Origin: Blepharisma stoltei ATCC 30299
Taxonomy: Eukaryota; Protista; Ciliophora
Reading direction: 5' to 3'
Assembly (NCBI GenBank): GCA_965603825.1
Contig: CBFDEM010000028.1
Span: forward strand, 62,001 to 126,000
Length of the DNA: 64,000 bases
This document shows positions 58,701-64,000 of the stretch, one piece after another (within the stretch, counting starts at the first letter, position 1; the number at the start of each line of letters is the position of its first letter). The notes under the pieces were generated by a model that was not told where the DNA came from, ran no database searches, and saw nothing but the letters and a program-made list of their open reading frames with translations. A program made the translations under genes and the position numbers.

Positions 58701-58907
58701 TACTGAGAATTCCCTCCAGAATGCAACGGAACTTTTGAAGGACCTATCGAAGATGAACTGGCTATGGAAATAATCCCTCGTCAAGCAGGAACTGTAGAAC
58801 TGCCAGAAATCGTTGTATGAGTAAACGGAAAACAAGTGAGGGTGGAAGGAATTTTCAAAGTTTTTATATTCCCAGGATCATTTATAGCAGCTGAAAAAAA
58901 TGTTTAG
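55734..58907 (+). CDS. TRAPPC10: TRAPPC10/Trs130-like TRAPPII subunit, about 1050 aa; intron 56907-56921
   Basis: Five track ORFs joined by seven TGA codons and one intron. N-terminal VAYHD...LPL...KPYL(W)ICIFVCDD..FK...EWLVLYV pattern, helical middle, beta-rich C-terminus with IIPRQAGTVELP. Confidence 0.75.
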
Positions 58908-58941
58908 ACTGTATCAATTAATCAATTAAAAACTCATTTTG

Positions 58942-60921
58942 TTAAACTTTAGGGATTTTTCGATATTGTGCTGTAGCAGCCAGGAGCTCTTGGTCGTTTC
59001 TTTCCTTCAGCTGGTCATTTAAAATGCTGATTTCTTCTTGATAATTATAAAATGTCGAAGCAATAACATAGTTTGCATGCAGCACGGCTTGAAGTGAATT
59101 TCCATTAACTACCTCTCTATTAGCTATTTTTTTCTCTTTTCCTGCAAATTTAGTCCCTTTGTACACATTTGCTATAAAAATCGTCTTTAAGCTTGCCAAA
59201 AACTGATGAGCCCAAGCTGGATTTTCGCATGTTTCTATACATATGATCCTCATTATTTCAAATGCATCTTCGGAGCTAAATAAGTCTAAGCACCCTAAGA
59301 GCTCTCTGATTAATAGAAAACAAACAGAATTCGGCTCCAGCTTTTTCATAGTGTCCGCTAAGGCTGAAATGCTGATTTTATTGAATTCCATGCCTGAGTT
59401 GTATAGTTTTTTTATCCATGAAAAATTTTCCATAAAAATTTTTATGTCTGATTCTGTCAGGTTTATTAGAGACTCTTGCAAAGAAATATGGATAGGCTTG
59501 AAATAGTAAGGGTCAGCTGGATTATTTATTGGGGCATATGGCTCATTATAAGCAATTTTCGACTCTTTTCGCTTGACGAAATCCTGTTTATTTTCGCGTG
59601 GGCAACTTACCATATCATTTTTCGAGAAATCAAGAGTTTCTTCAGTTATTTTCATTTTTTTGGGCAAATTTATAGAATTTTCAGCTTTTACATTAAACTT
59701 TCTTTTATAATTAGCCTCGTTTTTAATATTTCTTTGGCCTTTATTAGAAATTACTTCATTTTGTAAGCTAGTTCTTTGAGGTCGTTGCCGCTTGAGCGGT
59801 AAACCTGTGCTGTTTGGAACTAGCTTTTCTATCCCATCAATTTTCCTTTGGCTCTTCAAAGGATTTCTAGCTGCTGGCGCTAGAAGGGCAGCTTCTTCTA
59901 TTTTTTTCAAAACTAAACAACTTACAGTTATAGAAGACTGAGCTTGCAAAGCCAATAAAGGTTTATTGGCAGCTTTTTTGTGGGTTTCTAAAATGTGAGA
60001 ACCGTTTTTAGCTTCATTAATTTTGTTTTGCAAATCAAATACTAATTTCTCAAACTTACATTTTTCAAAATTGCATATGTCAAGTATCTTATTGAGGTCA
60101 GAGTTTTCTTTGGAAATTTGGTCAAAACTTACCTTTAAGGTTACAATTTGGTCATTCATGTGGTTTTTGATGTCTTTAATTTTGCACTCGAAATCTTCTT
60201 TGATTTTTTCTTTTTGGTCTTTGAATAGTTGCTCTTGCTCTTTTATAGTGCTTCTTAACTCATTATTCTCGCTTTCTTTCAAGCTCTGAGCTTTTAAAAG
60301 GCTATTTTTCTCTAACTCAAGCTCAAAAATCTGCTTTTCACCTTTTTCCAGTGAAAAATTCGCAGTAAACAGCTCTTTTTCTTTTACCACCAAGCTGCTT
60401 TTCAATCCCTCAATGATCCTCTTCATTTCTTCAAATTTTGCACTATTTTGCATTTCACTGTGCTTTATTTGTAATTTCATATTTCTAACTTGATCCCCAG
60501 CCTCATTAAGTGCAGCTTTTAATTCGACGTTTTCTTTTTCCTTTTTTGAAATCGCCCTTTTGTATTTTTCTTCTTCTAACAGCCACCTGTTTCTTTCTTT
60601 TGAAAAATCTGTCCTCGTTTGAAGCTGCTCGTTGATTAATTCTTGGCTTTTAAGTTTGCATTGCAATTCTTCGATTTTTGTGTTTAATGAGTCTATTACG
60701 TGCGGAATCGAGTCCTCTCGCTGTGTAAGCCGCTTAAGTTCACTAGAAAGCTGCTGGTTTTCAAATTCAATTAATTTATTTCTGGCATCTTTCGATTCCA
60801 AGACTTTAATCAGTCCGGCTTGGTCCAATAAGGAGTTTTTGACCACTAATAAGTTTTCTCTCATTATTTCTGCGTCAAGTCTTGCTCTGGATAAATCTGG
60901 AGTCTCACAGCCGAAATCCAT
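58942..60921 (-). CDS. Coiled-coil protein, 659 aa
   Basis: Long open frame, ATG to TAA; heptad-rich N-terminal half and a helical C-terminal region. Confidence 0.85.
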   Translation of the reverse strand: MDFGCETPDLSRARLDAEIMRENLLVVKNSLLDQAGLIKVLESKDARNKLIEFENQQLSSELKRLTQREDSIPHVIDSLNTKIEELQCKLKSQELINEQLQTRTDFSKERNRWLLEEEKYKRAISKKEKENVELKAALNEAGDQVRNMKLQIKHSEMQNSAKFEEMKRIIEGLKSSLVVKEKELFTANFSLEKGEKQIFELELEKNSLLKAQSLKESENNELRSTIKEQEQLFKDQKEKIKEDFECKIKDIKNHMNDQIVTLKVSFDQISKENSDLNKILDICNFEKCKFEKLVFDLQNKINEAKNGSHILETHKKAANKPLLALQAQSSITVSCLVLKKIEEAALLAPAARNPLKSQRKIDGIEKLVPNSTGLPLKRQRPQRTSLQNEVISNKGQRNIKNEANYKRKFNVKAENSINLPKKMKITEETLDFSKNDMVSCPRENKQDFVKRKESKIAYNEPYAPINNPADPYYFKPIHISLQESLINLTESDIKIFMENFSWIKKLYNSGMEFNKISISALADTMKKLEPNSVCFLLIRELLGCLDLFSSEDAFEIMRIICIETCENPAWAHQFLASLKTIFIANVYKGTKFAGKEKKIANREVVNGNSLQAVLHANYVIASTFYNYQEEISILNDQLKERNDQELLAATAQYRKIPKV

Positions 60922-61001
60922 AGAAATATTATTAGAGATTACCTATCATCAAATTGAATATATGCCATACTTAGGATCACAGCCTAAATAAAGATTGAGA
61001 A

Positions 61002-61283
61002 ATGGGTGCAGAAACTGGTTATTATTTTCTCTTTATCTCTACTATTGGGGTCTTTTACATGTTTGGAATGGGATATTTTTTGAGCAAGGATTATAATTAT
61101 ATACCTATTGAAGATAAAGTGGATCATGCGGATGTCTGCTATTGAACTGGAGTCATTTATCTGGCTGTAGCAATTTCTTGTATTATTTACTTAAAGAAAT
61201 TCGCCTCAAAAGATCATAGCTTCGATTATCAGACTGATTTGCAAGGAAAAAGCCGTATTAGAATTGGTCCTCATTTACGTTAA
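61002..61283 (+). CDS. Two-TM small protein resembling V-ATPase subunit f (RNase kappa family), 93 aa; absent from the ORF track
   Basis: MGAETGYYFLFISTIGVFYMFGMGYFLSKDYNYIPIEDKVDHADVCY(W)TGVIYLAVAISCIIYLKK..., TGA at 61143, ends TAA. Confidence 0.75.
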
Positions 61284-61342
61284 CTTAAATAACCATAGAG
61301 CTTATCTGGTTTAAAGTAATTCTATTTTTTAACTATTAATGA

Positions 61343-64000
61343 TTAATAATCTAGCTGAGTAAGCAGAGCAGTCCCTCTCTTAATCCAATGTGATGGCTTA
61401 TGTGAAGTATGTAGCGGCAAAAGCATAGAAAGCACAAAGTTAGTCGAATGCCCAGTAGTTGACAAAGTCCCTTGTCTTTTTGACGTCTTATAAACCGGGC
61501 ATTCATATACATGCTTTTTAGGAAGCTCAGCTATTTTTACAGGCCGCAAATGTATAACAGGCATAGGATAATACAAAATTTTAGGAAGCGGCTCAGCGAC
61601 ACAGCGTTTTTCGTCATCCCATCTAGCTCCATCTAAATAAAGTCCAGTGACATAGCAGCCGTCATTAGGCGGGCTTGAAATATTGTCCTTAGTCTGAGCT
61701 TCTGGCTGGACCTCAAAGTCAAAACAGAGCGTATCTATAGGGATTTGGTACTTTCTAGAGAAATTTTGCATAGTCCCTGTAAGGAAAGATTGGGTGAAAT
61801 AAAACCCAGAAATCCAAAAAACAGCAGGTGGGCCGTTATCTAGCCAGTCTTGCATAAATTTGAGACGGGTAATGAAATCATCAACCCATTGTGCAAGAGG
61901 CTTAAGAGAAGGATAAGCCACATTCATCCACATTTCAGGGACTTTATTATCAAATAGTGCATTTCCTACCTTTTCTAAGTCTGCAGACATAGTGACAAGC
62001 CCTTCTAGCGCGTTTTTAAGCTGTACAACAGAAGTTCTAACGACATTTAGTAGCCGATTAAACCTGATTAGTTCTTGGATTAAGACGGTATTCATGGATT
62101 CATTGTACATCATAGGGTATCTTTTCATGCATTCGTCAATGTCAAAAAGGTTTGGCATCCTATTAAAGATACTGACTGCTATTTCTGTCATCATTTGGTC
62201 AGGTGTTTTATCAGCGCCAGCTAAAGTTCGAGGCAATAATGATAGACAAGCTGAGAGAAGAGAATTAGTTTCATTAATGGACTTTGTAATTGAGGCATTG
62301 TCATTGAGCCCAAAAACTTGGGTTTGGTCATAATGTGGCACGTTCTCTTCTATATAATTCAAATAGCTTTCAATATTCCCTTCAGGAGGAATCTGATACA
62401 CGTCACAGTCATTTATGTAGTACCTGTCTCTCAGTATATTTTCTGTATAAAAATCTTCTAGAATGGTATTAATCAGTCTCCTATCCCAAATATCGGTAAC
62501 TCGTCCTCCATAATTGGCCTCAGCGACCATATATTTTAGAGCATCCCAAGGTATCAGCTCATACTCATTTAAAAACATCCTAAGCTGATAAAAGGATATC
62601 GACAAATCACTCATAGAGAACTCATAAGGGATATTCCAGCCTAAAGCTCCATATTTTCTTCTTTCTTGTATTAAGGCATGGAAGAAGCTTAAGCCATAGA
62701 CCATTCTTTTGAATTCTCTTGGCTTGGCGTTATCTTCAAAAGCGTTATTATCATAGGACCTAAAAGACCTGATTAAGTTTTTCCTGAGTCCTTTAGGAGG
62801 CTCATTAGTAAGCTTAATTGAATTTTGAAGGATGGAGACTGGGAAAAAATCAGAAGGCATTGAGGTAAGCCAAAGCCGGAAATTGTCGTCAGTTCGCTCT
62901 GGGATGATTTCGTCTACTCTTTTTTCAAGAGTTGGCATAAATTTGGCTGCAAGATGGCAGTTTTGGAGGATAACCCAGCCACCATTTGCAATAGCACGGT
63001 CTAGAGCGGCTTCTGCTTTCGGACCTTGGCCGTCACCTAAGGATAAAGGCTCCATTTTGTTGCGGAGGTTGAGCTTTATGGCGAGTTTTTCAATTTCACT
63101 TATAGGGTCAACACCAGGGCTGAGGATAAAAATGATTGGGACGTCTGGCTTGGAGTCTCTGAAGGACAGCTCAATGTTAAATGGAGGGGGAGAAATAAAC
63201 TCTGCCCCAAGCTCTTGGGTGATTAATTGTTCGATAGCTTGAATTCCTTTGTCAGGGCGAAGAATTCTTAGTACTATAATTTGTTGGAATGGAGATAGTT
63301 TCTCTTTCCAGCCTCCTGGCCATATCATGGCTCCTGGATCTGATGACTCCCATACAGATTTCCATTCATTGACCTTTTGCTCAAATTCTCTATCAAAATT
63401 CTTAAAGCTTTCAAATTCACTTAACTCCAGAATTGCTGCCCAATCTTTATTTTCCAGCCACACTCTTTCATCTTCCTGTGTCGGATTTGGCCTAGCTATA
63501 ACAGTCTTAGTTCCTCCTGTCATTAAAAACCTTAGCTCTAGCTGATTAATTCTATCTTCCCCTGCCATCACTTTTAAGCAGACCAGCAGCGAAAACAGCA
63601 GTTTATCCTTCTCAAAAAGAGACCTACACACATTTTGATACAGCAAAAGTGTAAAAGTATTAATCAAATTTTTGACGCGCTCTTGGACAATTGAATTTTT
63701 TTCTGCTTCTGAAATAGAAAGGGAGTAAATTCTTTCGTACCATTCCAAGGAGTATTGATACATAGGCTCAATAACACATAAATCAGCTATACAGAAGAAA
63801 AGTTGGGAAACACGCGTGGCGATTGATTTATAATTTTTTCTGGTATCATTAATATGCTTTTGTATATTTTCCATTTTTTCAAGCTGCTCTGAGGCATCTT
63901 TTGAGGACTGTTTTGACTTCTGAAGGGTTTCTATAAGGGTTTCGTCTTCTAATATGTCCCCTTCTGAGTTAGAAACCATGTTTAGAATATTATCTTCAAT
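61343..64000 (-). CDS. Axonemal dynein heavy chain, 3' part (end of AAA5, AAA6, C-terminal domain); 5' truncated
   Basis: PMYQYSLEW, NVCRSLFEKDKLLF, LSPGVDP, WVILQNCHLA, FRLWLTS, TNEPPKG, GWNIPYEF, NYGGRVTD, YPSLKPL, CPVYKT, LSTTGHSTNFV. Confidence 0.98.
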   Translation of the reverse strand: MEDNILNMVSNSEGDILEDETLIETLQKSKQSSKDASEQLEKMENIQKHINDTRKNYKSIATRVSQLFFCIADLCVIEPMYQYSLEWYERIYSLSISEAEKNSIVQERVKNLINTFTLLLYQNVCRSLFEKDKLLFSLLVCLKVMAGEDRINQLELRFLMTGGTKTVIARPNPTQEDERVWLENKDWAAILELSEFESFKNFDREFEQKVNEWKSVWESSDPGAMIWPGGWKEKLSPFQQIIVLRILRPDKGIQAIEQLITQELGAEFISPPPFNIELSFRDSKPDVPIIFILSPGVDPISEIEKLAIKLNLRNKMEPLSLGDGQGPKAEAALDRAIANGGWVILQNCHLAAKFMPTLEKRVDEIIPERTDDNFRLWLTSMPSDFFPVSILQNSIKLTNEPPKGLRKNLIRSFRSYDNNAFEDNAKPREFKRMVYGLSFFHALIQERRKYGALGWNIPYEFSMSDLSISFYQLRMFLNEYELIPWDALKYMVAEANYGGRVTDIWDRRLINTILEDFYTENILRDRYYINDCDVYQIPPEGNIESYLNYIEENVPHYDQTQVFGLNDNASITKSINETNSLLSACLSLLPRTLAGADKTPDQMMTEIAVSIFNRMPNLFDIDECMKRYPMMYNESMNTVLIQELIRFNRLLNVVRTSVVQLKNALEGLVTMSADLEKVGNALFDNKVPEMWMNVAYPSLKPLAQWVDDFITRLKFMQDWLDNGPPAVFWISGFYFTQSFLTGTMQNFSRKYQIPIDTLCFDFEVQPEAQTKDNISSPPNDGCYVTGLYLDGARWDDEKRCVAEPLPKILYYPMPVIHLRPVKIAELPKKHVYECPVYKTSKRQGTLSTTGHSTNFVLSMLLPLHTSHKPSHWIKRGTALLTQLDY

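Overview
Gene-dense, AT-rich eukaryotic DNA, not prokaryotic. Two features read directly from the sequence explain why the supplied ORF track is fragmented. First, in-frame TGA falls on invariant Trp positions in many protein families, and every gene I could complete ends in TAA or TAG, so UGA=Trp. Second, genes carry tiny GTA...AG introns: 17 of 15 nt, all with A at position 10, plus single candidates of 14, 16, 17 and 20 nt. This combination matches a heterotrich ciliate of the Blepharisma type, most likely somatic macronuclear DNA (inference). After recoding and splicing I reconstruct about 40 genes. They include calcineurin A, a CDPK, MOK and NEK kinases, PP2A-A, two PP2Cs, PEX7, SWI3, VAMP7, centrin, NF-YB, NF-YC, an R2R3-MYB, a BET-type bromodomain protein, TBC1D5-, TRAPPC10- and HRD1-like genes, a dynein heavy chain 3' part and two small membrane proteins missing from the ORF track. 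The most notable items are: (1) a compositionally foreign ~670 bp island near 52.3-53.0 kb with an orphan ORF, prokaryote-like signals and a flanking near-direct repeat; (2) a ~300 nt GC-enriched ncRNA candidate with nested stems at 14.34-14.65 kb; (3) a possible 14-nt intron and a 20-nt intron with a competing frameshifting acceptor; (4) strongly gene-specific use of UGA; (5) several pseudoenzymes (XPD-like, lone DEAD-box C-domain, Cys-less E2, degenerate hybrid histidine kinase). All protein family calls come from manual motif recognition, not database searches.
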